IMG/VR virus record: IMGVR_UViG_3300028392_002123 | DNA length: 64,000 nt | Origin: a virus | Lineage: Duplodnaviria > Caudoviricetes | Strand: one strand, 5' to 3' | Shown: positions 42,516-52,063 of the stretch, piece by piece | Position numbering within the stretch: position 1 is the stretch's first letter | Layout: every line of letters begins with the position of its first letter | Translations under genes and position numbers: made by a program | Notes under the pieces: model-generated | Databases searched by the model: none | What the model saw: the letters and a program-made list of their open reading frames with translations, nothing else | What the model was told of the DNA's origin: nothing

Positions 42516-42782
42516 TCAAACCCTATAAGAGTTATAACTACGAATCTTGCTTCGTTTGTTGGTATAACTTTCTTGAAATTTAATCTTAAAACCTTGAGCC
42601 TGTAAAGTGTTAATCAGTGTGGACAAATCACAGTCTTCTTCCAAAAAGGCATTAGCACCATTTTGATAACTGTAAGGAGTGATCTTGTCAGCAATACCAA
42701 GTTTAACCAAGCGAGCTTTAGGGAAACGGGCCCAAGCATGACCAGAGTCGCCGAATACTTTAATTTTGATTTCTTTGGACAT
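42516..42782 (-). CDS. Early hypothetical protein (D.GHAW...LEEDCD family)
   Basis: AGGAG SD; promoter TTGACA-17-TATAAT at 42842-42814. Confidence 0.75.
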   Translation of the reverse strand: MSKEIKIKVFGDSGHAWARFPKARLVKLGIADKITPYSYQNGANAFLEEDCDLSTLINTLQAQGFKIKFQESYTNKRSKIRSYNSYRV

Positions 42783-42877
42783 ATCAACTCCTGTTTTGTT
42801 ACACTATGCCATTATTATAGCGCAGGAGTGAATTTCTGTCAAATTTTGGTGATTATTGGAAAAGTAATACTTTGGTT

Positions 42878-43210
42878 TTAAGCAACATTCCAGCCAACAT
42901 CTTGCTCGTATTCGATGCTTTCATTGCCGTCGTATTCGTTGATTCTGAAACGAGTTCCTTCTGGCATCCATTCGATTTCTAAGTCTTCAACTCCACCGCA
43001 GTATGTGTCGGGGTACATTTCTTCAACGTAACTAATAATCAATTCTTTCTCGCCGGTTTCAACATAGTGAACTATTCTAGGATCATAGACCAAGTCAATG
43101 TTGTTGTGCCAACTAAACCAGCCGGCGCCATATCCAGGACTATAAAGTACTGCTACTTTTCCATCTCGTATTACTTTATCCAAGAGTTGTATCCTCCATA
43201 CCTGCAACAC
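42878..43210 (-). CDS. Conserved phage hypothetical protein (SPGYGAGW family); start uncertain
   Basis: VLYSPGYGAGW...EYDGNE. Confidence 0.7.
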   Translation of the reverse strand: MLQVWRIQLLDKVIRDGKVAVLYSPGYGAGWFSWHNNIDLVYDPRIVHYVETGEKELIISYVEEMYPDTYCGGVEDLEIEWMPEGTRFRINEYDGNESIEYEQDVGWNVA

Positions 43211-43637
43211 GCAATTTGGTAATGTTGTTGATTTGAAATTGTTTACTATCTACTGCTTTCATGAGACCCAGGAATTTGTTTCTTATCATGGCAAACTCAT
43301 TGATTAATAATTGCCACTGTACAACTTCGGCATCACCGTCTACATATTTTTCAGCGTCTCTACTAGTCAACGCTCTATTATAATTTTCAGTGTACTTTCG
43401 AAATACTTCACTACGTTTTTTACGCAATTGAATATTGAGCCACTCTAAGGTGGCTTCAATTTCTTGTAGCTGATTAAACCTATGTTCAACTACGCCTGGC
43501 ATAAGGCGGCTATTCATTTCTAGATTGCCCTTAAGGCTTACTTCCTTTCGGGCTTCTAGTAATTGCTGTTCATACCAAACGATTGAATCAGGTAACCTGG
43601 ACAAGTCTGCTGTGACAATCCTGTACCAATCGCTCAT
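43176..43637 (-). CDS. uvsY: Recombination mediator UvsY
   Basis: Helical; RALTSRDAEKYVDGD...KFLG..K..DSK; next to uvsX. Confidence 0.8.
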   Translation of the reverse strand: MSDWYRIVTADLSRLPDSIVWYEQQLLEARKEVSLKGNLEMNSRLMPGVVEHRFNQLQEIEATLEWLNIQLRKKRSEVFRKYTENYNRALTSRDAEKYVDGDAEVVQWQLLINEFAMIRNKFLGLMKAVDSKQFQINNITKLRVAGMEDTTLG

Positions 43638-43900
43638 TCGTCGTAGTCGCTGTCGTAGTTATCTTCACTGTAATCATCTTCATCGTCGACAATATCGTCG
43701 ACAACATACAAATCTTTGATCACAGCATCTAATACACTATCATTGCCTAATAGTTCTTCGCTGACACTATCCATCTCATAATGATTTTCCAGTGTGCGTA
43801 GCAAAGTACTAGCGGCTTCATAGCGTTCTTTTTTGTCAACATAGGTCTTAATACTAGACCATACATCAACAATAAGATTTACTTCATCATCATGCAACAT
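43634..43900 (-). CDS. Acidic hypothetical protein
   Basis: Lies between uvsX and uvsY. Confidence 0.7.
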   Translation of the reverse strand: MLHDDEVNLIVDVWSSIKTYVDKKERYEAASTLLRTLENHYEMDSVSEELLGNDSVLDAVIKDLYVVDDIVDDEDDYSEDNYDSDYDE

Positions 43901-44957
43901 CTACACTCTCCTCAACTTCGGTTGCTGTATTTACATCTGCTGTCAAATCTCTCAGCATGATGTCTGCCATAACTTTGTCCAACAGTTCGTTGGTCCATCC
44001 TTTACGCATGGCCTTCATAATTTCGCCGTCTTTGGTTGTATAAATGTAACTGTTACCTTCACGTTTCAACGATCCACGTTCTTCTAACAAGTCAAATAAG
44101 CCGCTATAAGGACTCATACCTGTTGCATAAGGAATCTGTACATGAACTGATTCAAAAGGTTTAGCATACCGAGTTTTCATAATTTTACAACTAGCACGAA
44201 TACCGTTAACTGTTGTAGTCTTGTTACCTTCTTCGTCAAGTTTAAGTTTTAACTTACGCATAGCAACAACAATACTACTTGCATAGATAAAGCCCTGGCC
44301 ACCGCTGATCTTGTCGTCTGGATCAAACATGTCTTGACTTGCATAAGTGTGATTTGTACAAACCATACCAATGTTTAAGTTACCAAACATGTTAACACAA
44401 TTACGAACTAGTGCTGTAAGTGCTTTAGGCTTACGGCCCATGTCACCTTTTAAGTCTCCTGCTTCAAACTGATTAACGTCTGTGGGAGTTAACAACATAC
44501 CCAAACTATCTACGATAAACAAGACCTTAGGACGATCGTCTTCGTTCATTGCTCGGTAGTCCGAGACAAACTTTGTAATAGTCTTGGCCACATCATCAAT
44601 CATGGCCATGTTTAGTTTAAGCAATTTGTCTTGGCTAGTATCAACACCCAAGGCGTGTAGCCACGCTTCGTCCAGTGCGTTTTCTGTGTCAATGAGCACA
44701 ACATAAATGCCCTGTTCCTGTGCATGACGAACTAGGTTGCCCGAGCAGATATAACTTTTGCCTGCGCCAGATTCTCCAGCAAACACAGTGACCTTGCCCA
44801 TGGGTACGCCTTTGAAAAAGTCGCCGCTGATCAAATAGTTTAGTGTATAGTTGCCTGTTGAGATCCAGTCTGTGGGATCGTTAAAACCAATACTAAGGCC
44901 TTCAATGCTCTTAGTGATTTCTTTTCTAAATTTACTTACGTCAAATGGTTTTGTCAT
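43890..44957 (-). CDS. uvsX: RecA-like recombinase UvsX
   Basis: GESGAGKS, LIDTENA, IVDSLG, DMGRK, NHTY, SGG.G..YASS. Confidence 0.95.
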   Translation of the reverse strand: MTKPFDVSKFRKEITKSIEGLSIGFNDPTDWISTGNYTLNYLISGDFFKGVPMGKVTVFAGESGAGKSYICSGNLVRHAQEQGIYVVLIDTENALDEAWLHALGVDTSQDKLLKLNMAMIDDVAKTITKFVSDYRAMNEDDRPKVLFIVDSLGMLLTPTDVNQFEAGDLKGDMGRKPKALTALVRNCVNMFGNLNIGMVCTNHTYASQDMFDPDDKISGGQGFIYASSIVVAMRKLKLKLDEEGNKTTTVNGIRASCKIMKTRYAKPFESVHVQIPYATGMSPYSGLFDLLEERGSLKREGNSYIYTTKDGEIMKAMRKGWTNELLDKVMADIMLRDLTADVNTATEVEESVDVA

Positions 44958-44967
44958 TGTATATCCT

Positions 44968-45180
44968 TTAAACGTCTAAGTCCATCTCGCCGGCTTCCTT
45001 GACTAATGCAAGGACTTCATCTAGTGTATTGCACAAGATTTTAGCGTTGACATAGTCGCCTTTTTTATTGCGACCACCTGCTTCTACCATAAAGCCGTTG
45101 TCATAGCGATTGATAGTGAATGATTCATTTACTTTTGTTAACTTGTCACCAAGTTTGTTTACTTGTTTAGCTGTTGCCAT
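44968..45180 (-). CDS. Conserved small hypothetical protein
   Basis: AAAAGGAAG SD. Confidence 0.7.
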   Translation of the reverse strand: MATAKQVNKLGDKLTKVNESFTINRYDNGFMVEAGGRNKKGDYVNAKILCNTLDEVLALVKEAGEMDLDV

Positions 45181-45436
45181 GTTGTTCTTCCTTTTGTTCT
45201 ATTTTATATACTTCCAGCATCCTTGTCAATGGTTCCATTCGTTCTTGAAAAACTTCAGGCGAACCATCTGCGGCACGTTTCATATCCCAATCAGATGGAA
45301 AGTGCCTACCAATGCTATAGGCTTCACGCCTAACTGCCTTGGAGATTCTAGGATACTTTTTAGTATCATGAGCAAGTTCTTGTAAAAACTTTCCTGCCCA
45401 TATTACAGCACGATATCTTTCGTCTGGTAGTGTCAT
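45167..45436 (-). CDS. Conserved hypothetical protein (MTLPDERYRA family)
   Basis: Probable start MTLPDE. Confidence 0.65.
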   Translation of the reverse strand: MTLPDERYRAVIWAGKFLQELAHDTKKYPRISKAVRREAYSIGRHFPSDWDMKRAADGSPEVFQERMEPLTRMLEVYKIEQKEEQHGNS

Positions 45437-45480
45437 TGGATATTCCCTACTTTTTGATAATAATCTTTTTTTAAGCATAG

Positions 45481-45533
45481 AAAACTTGGGCGTACAATAA
45501 CCATTGACCGGTTAATTATTGCAGAGGCCCAAG
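45481..45533 (-). terminator. Long stem-loop/terminator downstream of gene 32
   Basis: CTTGGGC...CAATAAT...GTTATTG...GCCCAAG followed by TTTT. Confidence 0.6.
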
Positions 45534-45539
45534 CCTTGT

Positions 45540-46523
45540 TTATTGCTTGCGATTGCGAATCATTGAAAGAATGTCTTCAACATTCTTTTTCGGAGCAGGA
45601 GTGCTACCGCCATCAAATGGTGACTCATCATCTTCTGCAACCACAGTAGGTTTGGCCGCTGGAGCAGAACGACTTACCACTGGAGCAGGAGTATCGTCGC
45701 TGTCAGCAGTAGGTGCAGTATTGTTACCAAAACTTACACCTGCTGGTTTGAAGTATTGACCCCAGCGTTGTGGGTCATATAGTTCTCCGTCTACACTGGC
45801 CTTAAACATATCATAAATGACATCAACTTCTTCTTTAGTTGGTTTCTTAGGCATAAAGTCATTCAAATTAAACAAACCAAATTGTTCAATTGATGCACGT
45901 TCAACTTCATTCAAACCACGTTCGCGACGTGCAAAGTTAGAAGTTGTGTAGTCTGCGTACTGACCTTTTGTAGTCTTTGTTAGTCGGAAGTCTGTGCCGT
46001 TTTCAATGTCAGTGAATAGGCTTTCCATTTCTGGATCCATCAATGCCGCTTTAACAATGTTAAAGATGCTGGGATTCAAGATGAATCGACGAATTGGATT
46101 TTCCGGAGTGTTTTCTTCTTGGAGCTTGGTATCAATTACAAAGCCTTGGAAAATATAAGATTTCTTTTTCCAGTATTTGCGACCTAGGTCTTCCAAAGAT
46201 TTGTCTTTGAACCAAGGACGAATTTCTGCGTGGATAGGACAAGTTTCTTTCCACATTTCCATGCAAGGGACTGTAACAGTTACACGTTTGCTTTCATCGC
46301 CGCCTTTAACGCCGGCAAATTCCAAGCGAATCATTTGGCGTTCACGCCATGGGAAAGTGTTTGTGTCGTCTGCGTCTGGAAGGAAACGAAGAGTTGTTGT
46401 TGAATTTTCTGGGATATTCCAGAATGGGAAGATAGCGTTGTCGCCGCCACCTTGTTTGTTACCGCTGGTACGGTTATCTTGCTCAAGTAGTCTTGCGCGA
46501 ATTTCTGCTAATGTTGTAGCCAT
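45540..46523 (-). CDS. Single-stranded DNA-binding protein (T4 gp32-like)
   Basis: LRFLP, CPI, YW.K, F...DF.L.K, YADYTTS.F, acidic C-terminal tail; start MATTL after AAAGGA. Confidence 0.9.
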   Translation of the reverse strand: MATTLAEIRARLLEQDNRTSGNKQGGGDNAIFPFWNIPENSTTTLRFLPDADDTNTFPWRERQMIRLEFAGVKGGDESKRVTVTVPCMEMWKETCPIHAEIRPWFKDKSLEDLGRKYWKKKSYIFQGFVIDTKLQEENTPENPIRRFILNPSIFNIVKAALMDPEMESLFTDIENGTDFRLTKTTKGQYADYTTSNFARRERGLNEVERASIEQFGLFNLNDFMPKKPTKEEVDVIYDMFKASVDGELYDPQRWGQYFKPAGVSFGNNTAPTADSDDTPAPVVSRSAPAAKPTVVAEDDESPFDGGSTPAPKKNVEDILSMIRNRKQ

Positions 46524-46637
46524 AGTTTTTTCCTTTAAAAAATGCCAGGGTTTAACCAATTTAGTTGCCTGGAACACTAGATACTCTCATCTAGTGAACG
46601 TAGTATAACAGACTATTGCCTGCTACACAAGTATTTA
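46524..46637 (-). promoter_or_regulatory. gp32 leader: extended -10 promoter, late motif and two hairpins
   Basis: TTGTGT-17-TGtTATACT (46630-46602); TAAATA at 46637-46632; CACTAGAT/ATCTAGTG and CCAGG/CCTGG stems. Confidence 0.6.
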
Positions 46638-46653
46638 TTTTGCCAATCAGTTT

Positions 46654-47916
46654 TTATTGTAAGACTTGTTTTACCGAATATTTATTGAACGCCGATTCCA
46701 AAATTTTGGTTGAAGATAAACTTGCCATTACACTCTTCAAACTAGCTTCGGCAACTGCGGCCTTACCAATAATGCTTCTAGTTAGGTTTTCTACTTGACT
46801 AGCATCTAATAGACCTTCCTGAACATATTGGTTAACTGCGGTGATGTTGTTTTTCAACTCTTCATCTTCCAACACTGGCAATACCATGTTGATTAATTCG
46901 GTGGTACTTACTGTTGGACTTTCATAGACCATAACGTCTAACAATTCTGTGTCTGGTAACGAACTAACTGCAATACTTTCTGCCATTTCGACTCGTTGTT
47001 GCAATGTGTTAAAACTTTCTTGAGCGGCTTGACGCTGATTGTATGCCTTGATGTAACCACCTAATTTAGGCAATATATCTTGTATGCTTTCATCAAATAC
47101 ATTCTTTGTCAAACGTTCTTTTAGTGATTCAACTTCCGAAGCGTCATCTTCATAAACATCTTTACGTAGCGTATCTGGATTGTATCTGTTTAACACAGAT
47201 TTGATTTCATCTAAACGATTCTTAACCACAGATCCAATATCGCCTGCTTGTTCTTGTAGGCCGTTGCTTTTGATATAACTAGCAACTTTTAACAAGCGTT
47301 CGCGTTCTTCGCTCAAACTAACAATTTTACTGCCTAGTTCATCGTAGGGAGTTCCGCCTTCTGCCACGTGCTGTGTCATTGTGCGAGCGGCTAGTAGATG
47401 TTTAAAAGGATATTTAAAACGTTCACCTTGACTGTTTTCAATAAACAAGGCCTTGATATGGCGACTACGACTACCACGAATTTCTTCGTTAACTGGGGTA
47501 TTGTGTCGTATAATTAATTTTGCACCTTCTGTTTGCTGATAGCTAGTTTTTACACTACCCATTGCGGCACTCAAAGATTCTGCCATTAAATTTTTTGGCT
47601 CAATGTCCTTATTACTGTAAGGCATAACATCCACTCCTAAAATATATTTTTTTGCTATTCCGTTATCTCTGTCCTTTAAAGTATTAACAAATTTATCAAC
47701 TAAACCCTTATTAGAACTGGGACCAAATTTAACCTGAATAGTATTAGCTTCTTCATCTATAGAAACCAACATTTTATTATTTTTACTATAAAATTTTCTA
47801 CCATCTTCTGCGTTCAAAGTGCGCTTTCCGGTGTCGTCAAAAACCTGTAGATTATTACCAGTTCCTACTAACTGATTGAAAAGCTCGCCCGCAACTGTAT
47901 TGTAATTTATAGCCAT
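46654..47916 (-). CDS. Conserved late hypothetical protein downstream of the terminase
   Basis: Start moved to MAINY, 4 nt after TAAATA. Confidence 0.75.
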   Translation of the reverse strand: MAINYNTVAGELFNQLVGTGNNLQVFDDTGKRTLNAEDGRKFYSKNNKMLVSIDEEANTIQVKFGPSSNKGLVDKFVNTLKDRDNGIAKKYILGVDVMPYSNKDIEPKNLMAESLSAAMGSVKTSYQQTEGAKLIIRHNTPVNEEIRGSRSRHIKALFIENSQGERFKYPFKHLLAARTMTQHVAEGGTPYDELGSKIVSLSEERERLLKVASYIKSNGLQEQAGDIGSVVKNRLDEIKSVLNRYNPDTLRKDVYEDDASEVESLKERLTKNVFDESIQDILPKLGGYIKAYNQRQAAQESFNTLQQRVEMAESIAVSSLPDTELLDVMVYESPTVSTTELINMVLPVLEDEELKNNITAVNQYVQEGLLDASQVENLTRSIIGKAAVAEASLKSVMASLSSTKILESAFNKYSVKQVLQ

Positions 47917-47938
47917 ACTGTATTTACCAATTTTAGTC

Positions 47939-49471
47939 TTATAATACCCCGATAGGCATGGGGGTAATGAAGTCATCACTGCTTCTTTCTACCAAATAAT
48001 TCCATGTTGCTTCATCATAGCGCATTAAATGCTCTACAATTCTAACGCATAATATTGTTGCCATAACTAGATCGTCTGTTTCGCCTTCCTTGGCAGCAAA
48101 GCTAGGGCCTTTGGCAACAAAAGTTTTTATTTCGGAGATCAAATTTTTACTATAAAGCTTCATTTTATCTGATTCTATGTAATATTTCAACTTGGTACAA
48201 GCTGATAATTTACTCTTGTGTCCGGTGTTAAATCCCTTGCGACTTTTACCAGGTTCGCTTAAAAAGAATCCGGGTATTCTATCTTCGCCATATTCGCTGA
48301 TAGCAACCAATGCGGCTTCGCCAATGGTATTGTTTTCCACGCTCCAATACAGCTTATCGTTTTCAACGCCTGCATCCTTCATCCATTCTGCCATGGCTAT
48401 TAAATTTCTTAGTTGGCCGCGAATGTCTGTTTTATTATGTTGCCACTCTGCTAGTTGTTCAAACTCGGGTAAACTAAAAATTTGAATGGCCGCAAAATCT
48501 CCGCCTGTGCCTAGGCTAGGATCCCATGCCATAACATAAGTTTTTGTTTTATCAATGTCTTTGTATACACGCACCTGTCCTATGCGAGTTATAGGATCAA
48601 TGCCCATTATGTGCTGTAGCTTTAGACTGTTGACCAAGGTTTCGTCAGCAGTAATAAACTTACATTCGTGTTCTCGAAGGAAGCGATCCTCGCCTATCTT
48701 GTTACGTTCTTGATATGCCCAGGTTTCATCTCTGTCAGGATGATCACTCCAAATATACGAAATACTAGCAAAGCCATTGCGTCCTGTTTGTGTTGGGTTA
48801 CCAAACTCGTCTATATTTTTAACTGCTTCATTCCAAATCTGTGCGAACTGATCGTTGTCTTGGTTAGGTGTACTTGTGATAATACATTTACCACCTGTAC
48901 TCAATGTTGGGCTTAGTGCTGTCCAGAATTCTTTGGCGATGCGTGGCGGAACGAACGCAAACTCGTCTAAGTATACCAGTGTAATACTCATACCACGACC
49001 AGTATTTTCTGTTGTTGTAGCACTGACAATGCGACTGCCGTTGTCAAAGTCGATACTGCCCTTGTTATAACTTACTGCGCCAGCTTTGATCCATTCGGGT
49101 AAACTTTCATACATGAAACGCACACGTTGCATAATTTCCTGTGCGCCTGTGTATTTGTGTGCGGCAATAAGAATAGTTGAATCTGGTACAAACATTGCGT
49201 ACCATAACAAGTATCCTGCGGCACAGGTTGATTTACCCATTTGTCTACCCAGCATGTTAATGCTAAAGCGATTATTTTGATAACAGTTAATCAGATCAAT
49301 TTGATACTCATAGAGTTCAAATTTAACACGACCTTTTATAGGGTGCTGAATCCACATATACTCTCTAATAAAGTATATAGGATCAGTAGCGGATTTTACA
49401 ATCTCCGCTATCTGATTTTCTGTATAATTTTCTTTCTTGTAAGGTGATTTTACAAGTACAGTTTCACTCAT
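47939..49471 (-). CDS. terL: Terminase large subunit (T4 gp17-like)
   Basis: GRQMGKS, YLDEFAF, ITSTPN, FLREHEC, WDP..GTGGD, DDLVMA. Confidence 0.95.
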   Translation of the reverse strand: MSETVLVKSPYKKENYTENQIAEIVKSATDPIYFIREYMWIQHPIKGRVKFELYEYQIDLINCYQNNRFSINMLGRQMGKSTCAAGYLLWYAMFVPDSTILIAAHKYTGAQEIMQRVRFMYESLPEWIKAGAVSYNKGSIDFDNGSRIVSATTTENTGRGMSITLVYLDEFAFVPPRIAKEFWTALSPTLSTGGKCIITSTPNQDNDQFAQIWNEAVKNIDEFGNPTQTGRNGFASISYIWSDHPDRDETWAYQERNKIGEDRFLREHECKFITADETLVNSLKLQHIMGIDPITRIGQVRVYKDIDKTKTYVMAWDPSLGTGGDFAAIQIFSLPEFEQLAEWQHNKTDIRGQLRNLIAMAEWMKDAGVENDKLYWSVENNTIGEAALVAISEYGEDRIPGFFLSEPGKSRKGFNTGHKSKLSACTKLKYYIESDKMKLYSKNLISEIKTFVAKGPSFAAKEGETDDLVMATILCVRIVEHLMRYDEATWNYLVERSSDDFITPMPIGVL

Positions 49472-50895
49472 TTATCAGACTTGAATTTACGATATTCTAG
49501 GATCATGTCCAGTGCTTCACGCAATGGATTGTCTCCTTGGCCAGCTGGTTTGTTTAATGCGCTACCGTTTGGTGCACGACCAGTGCCTTTTTGTCCCCAA
49601 TCATAGATATCGCCATGTAAGCGAGGATTAGGTTCGTTAGTCTGTGGAGGTGTGTTACCGAAAGCTTCGTCTGTTTGTTGTTCTTCGCTTTCTTCACCGC
49701 TGGTTGGTTTTTGTGAAACTTGTGCGCCTTTATTAACACCAGCTAGTTTCATGATGTGAATAATTTCATCAGGAACATCTGTTGTCATTTGTAGATTGTT
49801 TTCGCCGTTTCGAATACTTAATGTGTAAGTTGCGGCTGGCTCTTCTGGTTCTGCCATTTGTGCCATTTCTGGCTCGGCTTGCTGTGCGCCAATAGTTGGA
49901 ACTTCTGCTGGCATAGCAGGGTTAATACCCATTTGTGGCTCACCACCTACCACTGTCATAGGGCTCATTTCCATGTCGCCACATTCGTTTACTTTATATT
50001 TTTTGCCACCGACTTCAAATTCCTCTTCCGCCATACCTTGCTGACCTTTTGATTGTTCCCATTGGTCATATACTGTTTCATAGGCACTATATAATGCATC
50101 AATTTCGGGTATGCTAAGATCATACTTGTCAGGGAAATCACCTATTGCTGACATTGCTCGGTCAACAGAATCATTGAATTTATTATTTCTAATTCCGTAT
50201 TTTGCTATATTGTACCAAGCTGTTTTGATAGGATTGCCGTAGTGACCAACCTTTGCCCAGTTGCCTACTTCTCGTAGACCTAAGTCGATTGGTGGATTTT
50301 CACCGGCCATTCTTTCATTATATGCGGCTAATCTTTTAACTTGTTCTTCATGTGAGTCTTCTTCAATCTTTGCTTCCTGGATGCCTGCATATCTACGTAG
50401 TAAACTTAGGGCACTTTCTTTCATTGATTTTTCTTCTTCGTCAGCTTGATCATCATCAAATTCCATGGCTTCTTCGTCACTGGTGTTATAGCTACCATCT
50501 TTGTTAAAACCTTCTTTAACTTCATCACTTGGTTTTTTACCTGTTTGAGGAACGCCTGATTTTTTCTGTAAATCTTTGATTAGCTCTTCGTCATCTTTGT
50601 GACCTAGAGTGTCCAATGCTTTTTTACCAAACTCTTTAACTTTATCCATTACACCTTCTTCAACTTCTTCTTTGCAATCACCTGTGTGTACGTGACCGCA
50701 ATCTGGACATTTTTCACTGTCAGCTTCTTGAATGGCTTGCAGACCTTTTAATACGTTGGCAATATCTTCGTTTTTCTTCTTGCCGTCTTTTTCTTCTGCT
50801 TTTAATTCAGCTTTAAGTAACCAGTCTGGCTTTTTACCATCTTTGTCTTCGGCAACAATGGTGTTTAATTTTTTTAGTATGTCTTCAAAGTTCAT
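49468..50895 (-). CDS. Acidic low-complexity head/prohead protein with many candidate x-x-E cleavage sites
   Basis: Glu-rich; LRRYAG and IMKLAG motifs; located next to the terminase genes. Confidence 0.6.
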   Translation of the reverse strand: MNFEDILKKLNTIVAEDKDGKKPDWLLKAELKAEEKDGKKKNEDIANVLKGLQAIQEADSEKCPDCGHVHTGDCKEEVEEGVMDKVKEFGKKALDTLGHKDDEELIKDLQKKSGVPQTGKKPSDEVKEGFNKDGSYNTSDEEAMEFDDDQADEEEKSMKESALSLLRRYAGIQEAKIEEDSHEEQVKRLAAYNERMAGENPPIDLGLREVGNWAKVGHYGNPIKTAWYNIAKYGIRNNKFNDSVDRAMSAIGDFPDKYDLSIPEIDALYSAYETVYDQWEQSKGQQGMAEEEFEVGGKKYKVNECGDMEMSPMTVVGGEPQMGINPAMPAEVPTIGAQQAEPEMAQMAEPEEPAATYTLSIRNGENNLQMTTDVPDEIIHIMKLAGVNKGAQVSQKPTSGEESEEQQTDEAFGNTPPQTNEPNPRLHGDIYDWGQKGTGRAPNGSALNKPAGQGDNPLREALDMILEYRKFKSDK

Positions 50896-50897
50896 AA

Positions 50898-51533
50898 TTA
50901 TTTCCTTGCAAACGATGGTTGCTTACCTGGCTTACCGGACTTAGTCAATGGGCTTGTTTCATTTTCCTTGGGCTGATCGCCGATCTGAGGTTCACTAACA
51001 GGCACGTCGGGGTCTGCTATTTTGGGTAAATCTTTACGTCTTTCATCAGATAATTTTTTTAATTCTTTTAAAAGACCAGTATTGAATTTGTCGCCGTAAA
51101 CTTCATCTGCTGTGGTTTTACTTCCTTCGCTCTTGTCGTAATCTGTACCGATGATTGCTTGCTTGTCCTGTTTGTTCAATGAGTTTTTAGCAATATCGTC
51201 TTGTGTTTCGCGTGGATCTGTTGAATGGCGTACAACAACATAACGTTCTGTACAATTTAATAACTTAGAGATTTCTATTTTAAGAACTTCGTTACTAACA
51301 GGCAGGCCTGCAACAAAATCAATAATCTGGACTTCAGCTGAATCTAAGTCTGGAAAATCTAAGGGTGATTTTTGTAGTATTAGTTTGTGCGGTGCTGTTA
51401 TGCGCTCTGCGTCATACTTTTCTAAGTGTTTTTCAATCTTATCAATTTGCTCATCCGTGACAGGACAGGCCAGTTTGATTCTGATTTCATGCTTAGTTCT
51501 AAGTTGTTCTATGTATTCAAATAGAGTTGCCAT
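50898..51533 (-). CDS. Conserved late hypothetical protein
   Basis: TAAATA and GGAG upstream. Confidence 0.7.
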   Translation of the reverse strand: MATLFEYIEQLRTKHEIRIKLACPVTDEQIDKIEKHLEKYDAERITAPHKLILQKSPLDFPDLDSAEVQIIDFVAGLPVSNEVLKIEISKLLNCTERYVVVRHSTDPRETQDDIAKNSLNKQDKQAIIGTDYDKSEGSKTTADEVYGDKFNTGLLKELKKLSDERRKDLPKIADPDVPVSEPQIGDQPKENETSPLTKSGKPGKQPSFARK

Positions 51534-51550
51534 CTGTATTCTCCGATACT

Positions 51551-52063
51551 TTATTTATCATTCTTTTTTAAGTTCTGGTTAATGAGATTTAATATCGCAT
51601 TACGATCCGTGGTAAGTTCTGTGGATGCATCACCAGCTGGTTCAGCATCTTTCATGCTGTTTGCCAGTCTAGCGGCCTGTAATTGCAAGCTGACCATCTT
51701 CAATTTCTTTTCCAATTTGGCAGTTTTAGCTGTGATAGCATTGGACATCATTCCGCTGGCAACTTCAAAAATTTTACCTGCATTTCTATCATCGACGTTA
51801 AAACCTAGATCCATTAAACGATCATAGCTTTCCATGGCTTTTTGTGCATAGTCGTCTAGATCGTTGTCTTCTGTGTCTAAGCCTTTGACCTGCGGTAATG
51901 CCTGATCAATTCGCTGTGCCACAGTTAATTGTTCTTTGATAGAACTTTGTAAGTCAACTATCTGGGCAGTATTTACTATTGGTAGTTGATTTTCACTTGT
52001 AGACTCTGATCTGTCGGTTTCCAAGGATTCTATGTTAAAAAAATCTTCTAGTTTTTTAGTCAT
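51551..52063 (-). CDS. terS: Probable terminase small subunit (gp16-like)
   Basis: Helical; FEVASGM...A...K.....K coiled coil; position in the packaging region. Confidence 0.6.
   Translation of the reverse strand: MTKKLEDFFNIESLETDRSESTSENQLPIVNTAQIVDLQSSIKEQLTVAQRIDQALPQVKGLDTEDNDLDDYAQKAMESYDRLMDLGFNVDDRNAGKIFEVASGMMSNAITAKTAKLEKKLKMVSLQLQAARLANSMKDAEPAGDASTELTTDRNAILNLINQNLKKNDK

Noticed and set aside
14158-49471. Introns or inteins in nrdA, nrdB, helicase, UvsW, UvsX or terminase
   Set aside because: All are continuous ORFs of normal length with no intein motifs
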